Assembly (NCBI GenBank): GCA_963775895.1
Contig: CAVZKL010000018.1
Coordinates: forward strand, 1 to 64,000
Length of the DNA: 64,000 nucleotides
Origin: Candidatus Bathyarchaeota archaeon
Lineage (GTDB): Archaea; Thermoproteota; Bathyarchaeia; Bathyarchaeales; Bathycorpusculaceae
Reading direction: 5' to 3'
Made by a program: the position numbers and the translations under genes. The notes beneath the pieces were generated by a model. That model was not told the origin of the DNA, did not search any database, and saw nothing but the letters and a program-made list of their open reading frames with translations. Shown here one piece after another: positions 53,859-64,000 of this stretch (position 1 is the first letter of the stretch; every line of letters starts with the position of its first letter).

Positions 53859-54362
53859 GAATTCGCCGACCTGACAGTCTGTCACATCGTGCTCAGCAAC
53901 CTACCAGATGTACCTCGAGCCGTAGCTGAAATGGCCCGGGTGATGAAAAAGGACGGAATAGTCGCTGCGATAGAGCCTGGCGAAAGTCGAATGCACTATT
54001 CACCTGATCCCAAATTGAATGAGATGGAAGAGAAAGTGTTGCAGGCATACGGAAAAGGTATCTAGGACCTGCGGACCAGACTGATCGACTTTTCAAAGGA
54101 TTTGAAAAAGAAAAACGCTCGGTACCGAGAGGTCTTCAATAATTGTGGTCTGCGCAACGTAGAGGTACATGGCATGCTTTCTGTCTTCTTGCTCAGCGAT
54201 CCTCGTAGAGATGTTACGGAAATTCTTGGGTGGCTCAAGAAGCGAGTATTTCTTTTCGAAAGAGACTGGGATCGTACAAAAGTCATCCTTCAGCGCGGAG
54301 GACTCGAAGGGCATGATATCCAGACATATTTTGAAGCTGAGAAAGCGTATCTAGGCAAATAA
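53859..54362 (+). pseudogene. 5'-truncated class I SAM methyltransferase fragment with internal stop
   Basis: EFADLTVCHIVLSNLPDVPRAVAEMARVMKKDGIVAAIEP, TAG at 54063, then continues in frame as ORF 54102-54362; SAM-binding motif I absent. Confidence 0.65.
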
Positions 54363-54375
54363 ACATTAAGCGTGA

Positions 54376-54825
54376 TTAGGCGTTGCTTTTGGGTTCAGTC
54401 TTTTGCGTCGCTTCTTTATGCGCGGCCGGTGGTTCTTCCTTCTTTTCCTTCTGCTTCTTCCCTTCCTTTGTTTGTTTCGGCCTTTCAACAATTTTCATGT
54501 TGATCTGAACAATCTCGTCGGTTATGACGTTGCCGCGAATGGTCTTGCGTCTTCTCATTCCTTCATTGGTGGGGTTTAGGCCTACTCCGCCGCTGAGCAC
54601 TATTCGTCGGCGAACACCGCCGTGAACGCTCGGTCTCATCGGGAACCCATCTTTGTCGGAGCCTCCCGTGACTTGAATCTTGTGTCCTGGATAGTCCACT
54701 GGCGCGCCGTCCATGATTTCGCCTATCCGCTTTCCGATCAGCGGAGCGGTGCGTGTCTCTGCAAGTTCAACCACTTTTGAAGTTCCCGTTTCTGGATCTG
54801 AGACGATGACCTTGAATTTGGCCAT
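54376..54825 (-). CDS. rps6e: 30S ribosomal protein S6e
   Basis: MAKFKVIVSDP, TGGSDKDGFPMR, RRKTIRGN, QINMK. Confidence 0.95.
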   Translation of the reverse strand: MAKFKVIVSDPETGTSKVVELAETRTAPLIGKRIGEIMDGAPVDYPGHKIQVTGGSDKDGFPMRPSVHGGVRRRIVLSGGVGLNPTNEGMRRRKTIRGNVITDEIVQINMKIVERPKQTKEGKKQKEKKEEPPAAHKEATQKTEPKSNA

Positions 54826-54881
54826 GCTGCTTGCCTCGTGGGTAGTGGTATGAAAGTTGAACAACTGTCTATTAAGGATTT

Positions 54882-56174
54882 ATGAAGAGCCAGCGAGCTG
54901 CTCACAGAAAAGCCGTCATTGCACACGTAAAAGCTTTAATTCAAGCTTGGCAACGTTTTCTGGCTATGTGGCGCATAGGATTCTTTTTCCACGAGATGGG
55001 TTATGGACTTTTGTCCGTATTCCTGCCTTTGTACGTGATTGCCATCGGTGGATCATTGTTCGAGATCGGCGTTTTGACGTCCGTGGCATTGCTCTTCTCG
55101 ATACCAGCCTCTTTCATGTGGGGTTACCTGTGCGACAGAGGTAGAAGGTATAAGCGGTACATTCTTCTTTCGTTTATTGCCTCAGCGATTCTTCTGTACT
55201 CTTTCACTTACACGTCTAACGTTATGTTGCTCATCATTCTTTACACCGTAATGTCGATTCTTCACGTGGCTCATGAAGCTCCGAAGAACGTGCTTATCGC
55301 TGAACTCTATTCAAGACAGGATTGGGACAAGTCCTTCGCATCCTATGAGGGCTTTACAGAGGTCGGTTGGCTCATCGGACTGCTTTTGGGTTTCATCTCG
55401 TCGACCTTCAAGTTCGGATCCGTGAATACCCTGTTCATCTGTGCAGGACTGAATCTCGCGGCCTTTCTGTTGTCTGCGGCTTTTGTGAGGGATCCTGCTT
55501 TGGTCTTTGAGAGGAGTCTAGTGAGTATTGAGAAGTCGGTTGATTTCGCTTCCCGCGGTATTTCGGTTGCCTCAAGCGTGCTGGACGGCGTGGCTGTGAC
55601 AACTAGACTGAAGAAGGAAAATGTCAATGCTTTCTGCCTTGGATTGATTTTGTTTTCGCTGGCGACCAGCATACTCTTCACGCCGATGCCCGTGTTCGTT
55701 TCGCGTGTCGTCAGTGCTGCTGTCCTTCCGGCGGGGTTGGTGTTCGCGATTTTCGTGTTAAACTCTGGAGGAGGCGTGTTAGGCTACGCTTTAGCTCGGA
55801 GAAGATCAGAAGAACCGATGACGAAGAGCAGCACTGGCCGCCTCGTTCTGTTCAGAGGAGTATTTGCGTTCCTGCTCATCCTGACCGTGCAGTTGTCCGC
55901 TCTGGGGTCGGTTGGTTTGACTACGGGAGTCTTGGTCATTCTGGGCTTACTCAACGCACTCTTCTTGGTCAGCGTGCTTTCTCTGTCTATGGAAGTGATT
56001 CCTGCAGGGAAGGCGGGTCTGTTTAACGTTTTGATAGGCGTCGGCGCAGCAGGTGGGTCGTTTATTGGGCCGCTCATCGCGCAAACTTTCGGCTACCCAT
56101 TTGGGTTCCTGGATGCTTTCATGGTTTCGGGCGTGATGTTCATCCTGGCCTACGTTGCTTTCAAGATCTTCTGA
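54882..56174 (+). CDS. MFS transporter
   Basis: About 12 TM segments; WGYLCDRGRRYK motif A. Confidence 0.9.
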   Translation: MKSQRAAHRKAVIAHVKALIQAWQRFLAMWRIGFFFHEMGYGLLSVFLPLYVIAIGGSLFEIGVLTSVALLFSIPASFMWGYLCDRGRRYKRYILLSFIASAILLYSFTYTSNVMLLIILYTVMSILHVAHEAPKNVLIAELYSRQDWDKSFASYEGFTEVGWLIGLLLGFISSTFKFGSVNTLFICAGLNLAAFLLSAAFVRDPALVFERSLVSIEKSVDFASRGISVASSVLDGVAVTTRLKKENVNAFCLGLILFSLATSILFTPMPVFVSRVVSAAVLPAGLVFAIFVLNSGGGVLGYALARRRSEEPMTKSSTGRLVLFRGVFAFLLILTVQLSALGSVGLTTGVLVILGLLNALFLVSVLSLSMEVIPAGKAGLFNVLIGVGAAGGSFIGPLIAQTFGYPFGFLDAFMVSGVMFILAYVAFKIF

Positions 56175-56202
56175 CAAAAAGAAAATGGGAATTTTGAAGA
56201 GT

Positions 56203-57658
56203 CTATTCAACGTGCACTCTGAAGAGGTCTATGTCTTCACCCATCTGCGGCGTTACTTCGAGGAAGTCTCTTACAGAACGTTCGACATCCTTCGACTGTG
56301 TAACGTATCTGCCGACGATGACTATGTCTGCGCCTTTCTCCAATGCCTCTTTTGCGGTTTCTGGGACTATTCCGCCGGCGACTGCGATAAGGAATTTCTT
56401 GTCCTTGAAGGTCTGTCTGATCTCGGGAATAATGTTCAGTCCGTGTTCCCTTCCGGTTTCTTGATCTATGCCCCTGTGCAGGATTATTATTTCTGGGAAT
56501 TCTTTGACAGGATTTTAGCTTCTTGAGCGGGTCGTCCACGTTCATCATGTCTACCACCGCGTATATTCCGAGCCTTTTTGCTTCGTGAACGAACGCGTCA
56601 ATCGTTTCGCCTGGCGCGAGTCCAGATGCGACGACCGCGTCAGCGGTTTCATCGTAGGCAAGGTCAACTTCGACTTTGCCCACATCCAGAGTCTTGAGGT
56701 CAGCGACGAAGAAGAAGTCTTTTGCCACTTGTCTCAGGTCGTTTATGACTCTTGCGCCGTATCTTTTGATGAGAGGGGTTCCGACTTCCAGTATTATTCT
56801 GTCGCTTCCAGGCAGTTCGGCTATGAGTCTCTTCGCTCTTTCCAGGTCGGGGTTGTCGATTGCGATCTGAAGGTAGGGTGGTCTCCACAACCGTGGTACT
56901 TTGAATCCCATTATCGGGTGTTTGGCTCTGTCTTTGTCGTAGAGTATCTTCTCCAATGGCGGGTACTTGGCGATGGCTCTTCTGAGGGCGAGTTTGGTTG
57001 CGCCGTAGTTGTACTGGTATATCTTGCGAAAATCGGTAGCCTGAGGATGGACGAAGACGCTGGCGATTATGACCCAGTCGTCGATTTTTTCTCGGGGGAT
57101 TATTCCCTCTTCCACGGCGTCAGCGACTCCTTTTGCCACGGCTGCCTGAGCGGGCCCGAAGATTTTGCTGACGTCTTCAAGGTTCTTTGTGGTGACTTTG
57201 GGCACCAGCAGAGTGTGTGGTTTCGGTGGTAGGTTGGGGCGGATCACTGCTAGAAGAGGAGTGTGTCCTGCCGACATGTTGCTCATTCCTGCCGCAAAGG
57301 CGTCTCCGACAGGTCCTTCTTTGTCCCCTATGAGCAGGTCAATGTGCGCGACTTCGTTTCCTTCTCCGATGAGTGCTTCACCGATGAGGTACGCGTGTTT
57401 TGATTCTTCCATTTGATCCGACATCAAATTTGCAGGGAGGTTGTCGGTGATCTCTTTGAAGTCGACATTGAACTCTTTAAGCCACGTGTACAACGTGTCC
57501 CTGTGGATGTTAAGTGCTTCAGCTGTGCCGAGAAGTGTAGGTTTTGTCGGTTTTGCTCTGGAAGTTGCACGTTCTTCAATTGATTTTTTGGCTGCTTCCG
57601 TCAGTACATTGACGAGTTCTTCTTTGGTCTCAGGTTTCTTAACGTTCTGATCCGACAT
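56203..57658 (-). CDS. fae-hps: Bifunctional formaldehyde-activating enzyme / 3-hexulose-6-phosphate synthase with N-terminal HTH (frameshift near 56500)
   Basis: Fae: [31 protein letters not shown]; HPS: LQIAID, EVGTPL, DLKTLD; shifted end VAGG...VGRYVT...DLFRVHVE*. Confidence 0.92.
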
Positions 57659-57985
57659 TTCTTGACCAGCAATGTAGTCTTGAATGCGTTACTTGTATAT
57701 AAAAGTGTCGGGACGAACTGAATGGCCAACGATCTGGATTCTGATATCGCCATCGAGATGTCGATGATACTAGAGGTCGGATATCCTATCCGGCAGTAAT
57801 ATGTCGTTATTGTCGCTTTGATTCGCTCTATTCGCGCGTACTTAGGTCCTTTTGCGACGTTGGAATGTCGATGTGCGCACCAGATGTCTTTGTCGAGAGA
57901 TTTGTTGATGATTGGTTCCGGTATCGGTAAGTCTATATACTTTGATGATGTAGAAGGCTTAAAACTTGTCGAGGGAGTTTCGTAA

Positions 57986-58186
57986 GTGTCGTGGCGGGTG
58001 TGGCGAGACGTCGTGTCTGTTCTGTTGGTCATCGTTGGTACAATCATGTTTCTGTACGGCGCAAACTACTATGATGCCACGGTTGGGCGGACGGGGTTCG
58101 GGCTTTTCATAAGCGGGTTTGTCGTTTACCTCGTTCTGAAAGCCTACGAGGTTGCCAGGAAAGGGCAGAGCGGTCAGAAGCCGTAG
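57986..58186 (+). CDS. Small two-TM membrane protein
   Basis: Two hydrophobic helices around YGANYY; GAGGGAG upstream. Confidence 0.6.
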   Translation: MSWRVWRDVVSVLLVIVGTIMFLYGANYYDATVGRTGFGLFISGFVVYLVLKAYEVARKGQSGQKP

Positions 58187-59709
58187 AGTTCAGAGTATTT
58201 CTTGTTCAAGTAGGTCAAGTATGGTTTTACGGTCAGTTCTTTTCCAGTGATTCTTTTTATTAGTTCTGCGGGGTCGTAGAGGTTTCCGAATGAGTGGACG
58301 TTTTTGGCCAGCCAATTTTTTACACCGTTGAAGTTGCCTTCTGCGATTTGTGTTCGCCAATCTGGCAGTGTTTTCTGCATTGTTTCGAGTAGTTGTCCGC
58401 TGTAGATGTTGCCGAGTGCGTAGCTGGGGAAATAGCCGAAGCTGCCGCTGGCCCAGTGCGTGTCTTGCATTACGCCTTCTGAGTCGTTTGTGATTTTGAT
58501 GCCGAGAAATTGTTTGTAGCTTTGGTTCCAGGTTTCTGGGAGTTCTTTTATTGTTATCTTTCCTGCGAAGAGGTCGCGTTCGATGTTGAACCTTATGATT
58601 ATGTGCAGGCAGTAGGTCACTTCGTCTGCTTCGACGCGTATTTTTGAAGGCTTGACTTGGTTGATTGCGCGGACGAATGGTTCAAGTTTCAAGTTTGCAA
58701 GTGTTTTTCCTGTGGTTTTTTTGAGTTTGGGTAGAAAGTATGTCCAGAATTCTTTTGATCTTCCAATTATGTTTTCTACTGTGCGTGATTGTGATTCATG
58801 GAAGCCCATGGAGGCGCTGTTGCCGACGGGTTGGTACATCCATTCCTTTTTGAGGTCCTGTTCGTACAGTGCGTGTCCTGATTCGTGTAGGACTGAGAAA
58901 AGCGATGACGTGAAGTTGTTCTTGAAATAGTGTGTGGTTATTCTGACGTCGTCGTAGTATCCCGTTGTGAATGGGTGTTCTGTTTCGTCTATTCTGCCTC
59001 CTGATTGCTTGGAGGTAACGTCGTAGCCTACGAACTGTGCGAGTTCTCTGGCGATTTTGCGTTGGGTTTCTATGGGGACGTTGCGTTTGAGGATGCTGAT
59101 GTCTGGCTGTTTTGGCGCGGATTGGCATTTTTCTATGAGTGAGACTAGGCCGATTTTCAGTTCGTCGAAGATCTTCGTTATGCGTGCAGTGGTCATCTTG
59201 GTTTCGTAGATGTCGATCAGCGCGTCGTAGGGTGTTTTGGTTTTCTTGACTTTTGCCAGTATGTTAGCCGCTTTTTTCTCTAGTTCGAAGAGTTTTTCGA
59301 GTTCGGGTCTGAACATGGCGTAGTTTTTTGTTGCTTTGGCTTTCTTCCAAACGTCGATTGTAAGTGCTTGTTGTTTTGCGGTTTCTGCTACGAGCTGTTC
59401 GGGAAGTTTTGTCTGCTCGTCATAACGTTTCCTGATCAAATGGACGTTTCTTTTTTGCACTTTGTCTAGTTTGTCGTAGTCTTGGTTGTGTGTTATCTTG
59501 TCAAGCAGTGTTTCAATTTCTGGGTCGGTGCTCATCTTGTGTTCGGTCTTGCTGAGGAGGGAGAGTTGTTCGCTTCGAAGCTGGATGGCTTTTGGAGGCA
59601 TCATGGTTTCCATGTCCCAGCCGATGATCGATTCGACTGACTGTAGGATCGCTAGTTGTTTGCTTTTATTCATCAGTTGCTTGTAGTTTGATGTCAACGT
59701 GTCCGCCAT
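58174..59709 (-). CDS. Carboxypeptidase M32
   Basis: HPF, DVRITT, HESGH, HESQ, IRVEAD, QDTHW, GYFPSY. Confidence 0.96.
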   Translation of the reverse strand: MADTLTSNYKQLMNKSKQLAILQSVESIIGWDMETMMPPKAIQLRSEQLSLLSKTEHKMSTDPEIETLLDKITHNQDYDKLDKVQKRNVHLIRKRYDEQTKLPEQLVAETAKQQALTIDVWKKAKATKNYAMFRPELEKLFELEKKAANILAKVKKTKTPYDALIDIYETKMTTARITKIFDELKIGLVSLIEKCQSAPKQPDISILKRNVPIETQRKIARELAQFVGYDVTSKQSGGRIDETEHPFTTGYYDDVRITTHYFKNNFTSSLFSVLHESGHALYEQDLKKEWMYQPVGNSASMGFHESQSRTVENIIGRSKEFWTYFLPKLKKTTGKTLANLKLEPFVRAINQVKPSKIRVEADEVTYCLHIIIRFNIERDLFAGKITIKELPETWNQSYKQFLGIKITNDSEGVMQDTHWASGSFGYFPSYALGNIYSGQLLETMQKTLPDWRTQIAEGNFNGVKNWLAKNVHSFGNLYDPAELIKRITGKELTVKPYLTYLNKKYSELYGF

Positions 59710-59798
59710 TTTTGGTCGCCTTTTTTGTGAAGTCTACTCGATAGTTGGACGTTATATTTGAGCTTGGCCCAGACGAACGCGGGTGCGACTGAAAACAG

Positions 59799-59876
59799 TG
59801 GTGCTCCGGCCGGGATTCGGACCCGGGTCTCCGGCTCGAAAGGCCGGAATACTTAACCGGGCTATACTACCGGAGC
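59799..59876 (-). tRNA. tRNA-Glu(TTC)
   Basis: Reverse complement GCTCCGG...CCGGC-CT-TTC-GA-GCCGG...CCGGAGC-A-CCA cloverleaf. Confidence 0.94.
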
Positions 59877-59919
59877 TCTAGCCCAGCGCAATGAGGTTGT
59901 GTTTCCGTTCGAATAAAGC

Positions 59920-61091
59920 TTATCCTCTAAGTGCTGTTTTCAGACATTCTTTCATCGGTGCGAGTATCGGTGTAGCTTTGCAGAGTGAAGGGGTGTAGTA
60001 GGCGGTCTTGGCGGAGTTGGTCATGATCGATCTTATTCCAAGTTTTTCTGTCCATGAAACGATGGTGCACACGCCTGTCAGGACGTGGCCTCCGCTCTTT
60101 TCTATTTGCTTGACGTGTTTTTCGCCCATTTTTTTCACGTGGTTTGACGTGCAGACCCAGAACTTGATTTCTGAGCGACCTTCTTTCCCTGAACAAAGCG
60201 TGCAATTTGTTTCATCTCACTTAGTGAGCAGTGTGGGCACCCCAGAAAGACTAGGTCTGGTTTCTTGACTGAGGATGGGGACAGTTCCTCAATGGTTTGT
60301 TTGAGGTTTGAGGCTTCAACCGTTATGGTTTCGAACCGGGCTCTTTTCGGGCATGTGCCGCAGTGAAACATGTTCGTCATACCCGTCGTGGCGATAGCAG
60401 CGCTAAGTTGCTTCAGTCCGTCTGCTGGAATCCTCTGCAGGTTGTCTATCACTGGAATCTTGTCCTGCAACAGTTTGCCCAGGTAGATTCCAAGTGCGCC
60501 GAGTTCTGTTTCGTTCTGCAACTTCGCTTCGACGTGCACGCCGATTTTTGGCTCTCGATTCTCGGCTTTGTGGATTCCGTAGTTCGGTGTCTTCCCGATT
60601 ATTCCTGCTGCGAGGGCGCTGGGTCCACCTTCACGGTTTGTTCTGCCGCCAAGGATGGAATTGGAATAGACTACGGCTGATGATTCGGCCCAGGCTAAGT
60701 GTGAATCAGGCTGTATCTCGTTGAGATAGTATGGTGTGCACGTTGAGGATTGTGTTAAGCCCATTCTGTCGAACTGTTTTAGAATGTCGAGTTGTTTCTT
60801 GACTAGGTTTTCGGGAAGCTGTTTGCTCATGTACTTTGGGTCGAGGCTCTGCGGGTTCAAAGTGGTTCTTACTCTTACTTTTGCTCCGCGATCTGCGAGG
60901 GTTTTGAGAAATTCTATCGGAGCATCGCCGAGCGTTTTGTAGGATACTCCTGAAACGTGTGCTGACGTGATGGGAATCAGTTTTTCAGCGTCAAACAGGT
61001 CGCCTAGGCGGACGAGTATTTTCATGCAGGTCTGGTTTGCCCATCCGCATTCGCCGTTGAGAATTCGTTCTTCCTCTTTCGTTAAATACAT
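59920..61091 (-). CDS. Aconitase X catalytic subunit (phosphomevalonate dehydratase large subunit), frameshift near 60170
   Basis: MYLTKEEE, AHVSGVSY, TCTPY, ESSAV, GCPHCS, TNSAK. Confidence 0.88.
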
Positions 61092-61513
61092 TCGTTGGCT
61101 AGTTCTCCTTTGGTTTTCAGTATTTTTGCGAAGCCTTTGCACGCGTCGACTTCAACCGTGTCGCCGGTTCTGATCTGTTTGATGTCGATCTGATCGAGCA
61201 TGGGCACGTTTGCGATTATTGCACCGACCACCACGACGGGGTCGGCTGTCTGGTTGAGTATTGCCTTTGGCGCCAGCCCTTTCTTAGCTAAGGAGTAGAG
61301 CACGTAACTGCCTACGGTGGAGCCATGCCCGTGAGGAAAACACAGCACCTTGTCCTTTATGCACATGCCGAGCAGCTCGTGGTTTTGTTCGATCACCTTT
61401 CCGTCTGCAGGGTCGATTCCTCCCAGAAAACTGATCGGCTTTGCGCTGACCAACGCTTCGGCTTTGCAGTGTCCCTCAACGATCACGCGGCCTTTCAAGG
61501 TTATCGATTGCAT
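61082..61513 (-). CDS. Aconitase X swivel subunit (DUF126; phosphomevalonate dehydratase small subunit)
   Basis: ISFLGGID..G, GSTVGSY, AP.A. Confidence 0.9.
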   Translation of the reverse strand: MQSITLKGRVIVEGHCKAEALVSAKPISFLGGIDPADGKVIEQNHELLGMCIKDKVLCFPHGHGSTVGSYVLYSLAKKGLAPKAILNQTADPVVVVGAIIANVPMLDQIDIKQIRTGDTVEVDACKGFAKILKTKGELANECI

Positions 61514-61523
61514 CTTGACTCCT

Positions 61524-62804
61524 TCAGTACGATATTTTTGCTGAGGATGGGATTCTGCCCAGGATTTTCGTGGCTGCCTCGCCTACTTTTTCGCGTTGTT
61601 CCGCCGTGGTGTAAACACGCAGTATGTTCATGAATCCCCTCAACGTTTCGAAAATCTTGGAGATCTCGCTCAGTCTTTGCGGTATCTTCTTTCCTTCTGG
61701 TGTCCTGTAGAAGACTGGAATTTCCATGCTTTCGGTGAGCACTGAGTGTTCGTAAGGTACGGATGGAACCGTTGGCACGTCGATGATCACGGTTTCTGTT
61801 TGGACGTTGGCATCTTCCGCGATTTCGATTTGCAACTGTTTCCGGTAGTTTTCACGGCTGAAGATGTTTGAAATCATCGTGTCTTTTTCGTAGAAGGTTT
61901 TTTCGTAGGCGCACTTGAGCATTCTTCTGTTTTCAAGATCTCTTATGATTCCTTTTGATTTTGAACAGTTTTTCAGCATAGTATAGACCGTATAGTCGTC
62001 CATGGCCAGATATTGTTCAGGAGTCTTGAAGCGTGTTAGTCCGAGTTCTTCGTTTGCCTTGTCCATCGCTGTGGACAGCATTATTTGGGCGGCTCTGCCG
62101 ACGCGGTGGAAGTATATGCTTTTGAAGGATTCTATTCGGGCTATCAACAGCGATTCGAGTGCGGAGAGTGCTCCAATTTCGACCGCGAGGTTTTCGCCGA
62201 CTACATCTAGTGTATGAATGAGACGGAAGATGTCGATGTAACCGTATTCTGCGCCCGTGTGATAAGTGTCGCGAACGATGAAGTCTTGTTTGTCAACGTC
62301 GACTGTGCTGCTTATTATCTGATCCAGAAAGGCTTTCTTGGGTTTGTGCAGTTTGCCCACTGCGAGTTTTCCGATTTCTTGCGGGCTGTATCCCGCTCTG
62401 CTTATTATGTCCTTCAGCTCGCTCTTCTGAATGATCCACGTCGTAAGATCCTCGTGGGTCTTGTCCAACTCTCTCGTGAGTAAGTGTTCAAAAACGTGTG
62501 AGAACGGACCGTGCCCCACGTCATGGAGCAGGGCGGCGATTCTGACCATTTCAGCTTCGTTTCCGGTCACATGTTCCGAAATGTTTGGGTTGCCAACCAC
62601 TCCGCTAGCCAGGTGCATGACTCCTACAGAGTGCTCGAAGCGGGTGTGGTTTGCTCCTGGATAGACGTATTCTGCGCCTGCCAGTTGGCGTAGTCTGTGG
62701 AGTCTCTGTACGGGGTATGAATCGATGATTGTCTTTTCTTTCTGCGTTATGTAGACGTAACCGTGGACGGGATCTTTTATTTCGGCGCAATACTCTCTGG
62801 GCAT
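61524..62804 (-). CDS. HD-domain phosphohydrolase (SAMHD1/dGTPase-like)
   Basis: IKDPVHG, QRL..LRQL, HTRFEHS, LLHDVGHGPFSH, DVDK.D...RD. Confidence 0.92.
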   Translation of the reverse strand: MPREYCAEIKDPVHGYVYITQKEKTIIDSYPVQRLHRLRQLAGAEYVYPGANHTRFEHSVGVMHLASGVVGNPNISEHVTGNEAEMVRIAALLHDVGHGPFSHVFEHLLTRELDKTHEDLTTWIIQKSELKDIISRAGYSPQEIGKLAVGKLHKPKKAFLDQIISSTVDVDKQDFIVRDTYHTGAEYGYIDIFRLIHTLDVVGENLAVEIGALSALESLLIARIESFKSIYFHRVGRAAQIMLSTAMDKANEELGLTRFKTPEQYLAMDDYTVYTMLKNCSKSKGIIRDLENRRMLKCAYEKTFYEKDTMISNIFSRENYRKQLQIEIAEDANVQTETVIIDVPTVPSVPYEHSVLTESMEIPVFYRTPEGKKIPQRLSEISKIFETLRGFMNILRVYTTAEQREKVGEAATKILGRIPSSAKISY

Positions 62805-62988
62805 TTCTAGTTGCTCCCTCTGGTGCTGGTTATTGATTAGTGCAGTTTCGTTCTTATAATGCCCTATGTTCTTAGTGAAGTATCCAGTTTGGATCTCCTT
62901 TTTGCAATCTCATACACGGGAGGTACCGTGACTGGCGTTGAAAGAGAGATCCTCTGAGAATTCGAAGAAGCGGAGTTGTGACATACGC

Positions 62989-63405
62989 CTAGATTTCCTT
63001 TTTCAGAAGGGTCATGATTGTTTCGTATCCAAAGTACGCGGCGGCCACGACCAGCATTGTTGTTGCAAACACGTATTCCCTAGTTAGTGCAGCGGGCCTG
63101 AACAGGATTACCTGAAACATGATGGCTGTGGCGAAGAGTATGAAGTAGAAGAGATATTTTGGCACCAGAAGTTGTCGGAGTTTCACGAAGTTTTCAAGTA
63201 CCAGTTTTTCTACAACGTACCCCTCTGGCGTTTGTTTCAGTAGCCCTGCTTCTTCCAACTTGTCCAAGTGATAGGCTGCGAGTGTTGGGCTGCTTAGTTT
63301 GAGCGCTCTTTGAACCTCTCTAACTCCTATTGGTTTTCTCTGCTTCACGGCGTACTTGTAGACTTGAGCGGTGTTGCCTGTCAAAACATCGCGTTCATTC
63401 TTCAC
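62989..63405 (-). CDS. Winged-helix protein with two C-terminal TM helices
   Basis: GVREVQRALKLSSPTLAAYHLDKL..AGL followed by two hydrophobic segments. Confidence 0.8.
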   Translation of the reverse strand: MKNERDVLTGNTAQVYKYAVKQRKPIGVREVQRALKLSSPTLAAYHLDKLEEAGLLKQTPEGYVVEKLVLENFVKLRQLLVPKYLFYFILFATAIMFQVILFRPAALTREYVFATTMLVVAAAYFGYETIMTLLKKEI

Positions 63406-63527
63406 GTCTTTATCCGACTCACTAAGAATCTACTCATAGATGCTATTTTTGGTTGTCGCCGTACAACAGAATTGTACAACCGTACAAAAGTCTAGGATTA
63501 AATCAAAGCTCGCTTTGTGTAGTGGGA

Positions 63528-63985
63528 TGGTGAAGTCTTTGAGTCTATCCAAGAAAAAAGTAACACGATCAGTGATAATTCCAATAATTGCAGTTTCTCT
63601 TCTCGCCGCAACCGTTTACTACTCGGTTCCAGACAGTCTCCACCTCAGATCAATCGCGTTTGCACTTGGTCCTAGCCTATCCAACTCTATGAACTCAGCA
63701 AATTCCTCATTATATTCACTCATAGCAGATCTGAACGTGACGTTCCAAAACGGAACAACCTGGGAGTTTTACAACTCGCCATTCGGACTGAATTATGTAG
63801 GAGCGGCTGAACTGAATTCAACAGACATCAAAGAGATCCAACTTTTCCCCTTCCCTGGTTATAGCCCTGGCCTCGATCTTCAAAAACCCTTTTGGGCAGC
63901 AATCGAGTACGCAGCAGATTGGGGGATACGCGCTGAGTCTCACGGGGGAAGAAAAGACGAATCTGGGCGTGCTAAACGCTTTTAA
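63528..63985 (+). CDS. Secreted or membrane-anchored hypothetical protein (end uncertain)
   Basis: Basic N-terminus plus hydrophobic IIPIIAVSLLAATVYY; N/S-rich, several N-x-S/T sequons. Confidence 0.5.
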
Positions 63986-64000
63986 CTACACTTTTAGCTT

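Noticed and set aside
54063-54065. In-frame TAG as a pyrrolysine codon
   Set aside because: The gene is also 5'-truncated, is not a methylamine methyltransferase, and no pyl genes are in the window

Overview
Archaeal chromosomal window, most consistent with Bathyarchaeia (TACK). The markers are PolD DP1/DP2, Elf1, Cdc6/Orc1, aIF5A, aIF2-gamma, Fae-Hps, an AcnX-type phosphomevalonate dehydratase and a dockerin-tagged peptide-binding protein. It is mostly housekeeping: por operon, glyA, nadE, ahcY, pyrE, two ribosomal/RNAP clusters, tRNA-Ser(CGA, intron) and tRNA-Glu(TTC). Many essential genes carry single-base frameshifts, which most likely reflect uncorrected long-read errors rather than pseudogenes. 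A replication origin (ORB boxes flanking an AT-rich stretch) lies upstream of cdc6 at about 25.1-25.75 kb. Main leads: (1) three uncharacterised DNA-binding genes next to the origin, one a membrane-anchored coiled-coil winged-helix protein, interleaved with TGTGA/TCACA repeat arrays (candidate origin-tethering or segregation system); (2) two near-identical ~91-bp palindrome-rich non-coding elements in inverted orientation at 3.0 and 28.9 kb that bracket oriC, cdc6 and both PolD genes and sit in extreme strand-skew patches; (3) an HTH-Fae-Hps fusion and a long bactofilin-like beta-helix protein. All calls come from reading motifs by eye; no database searches were run.
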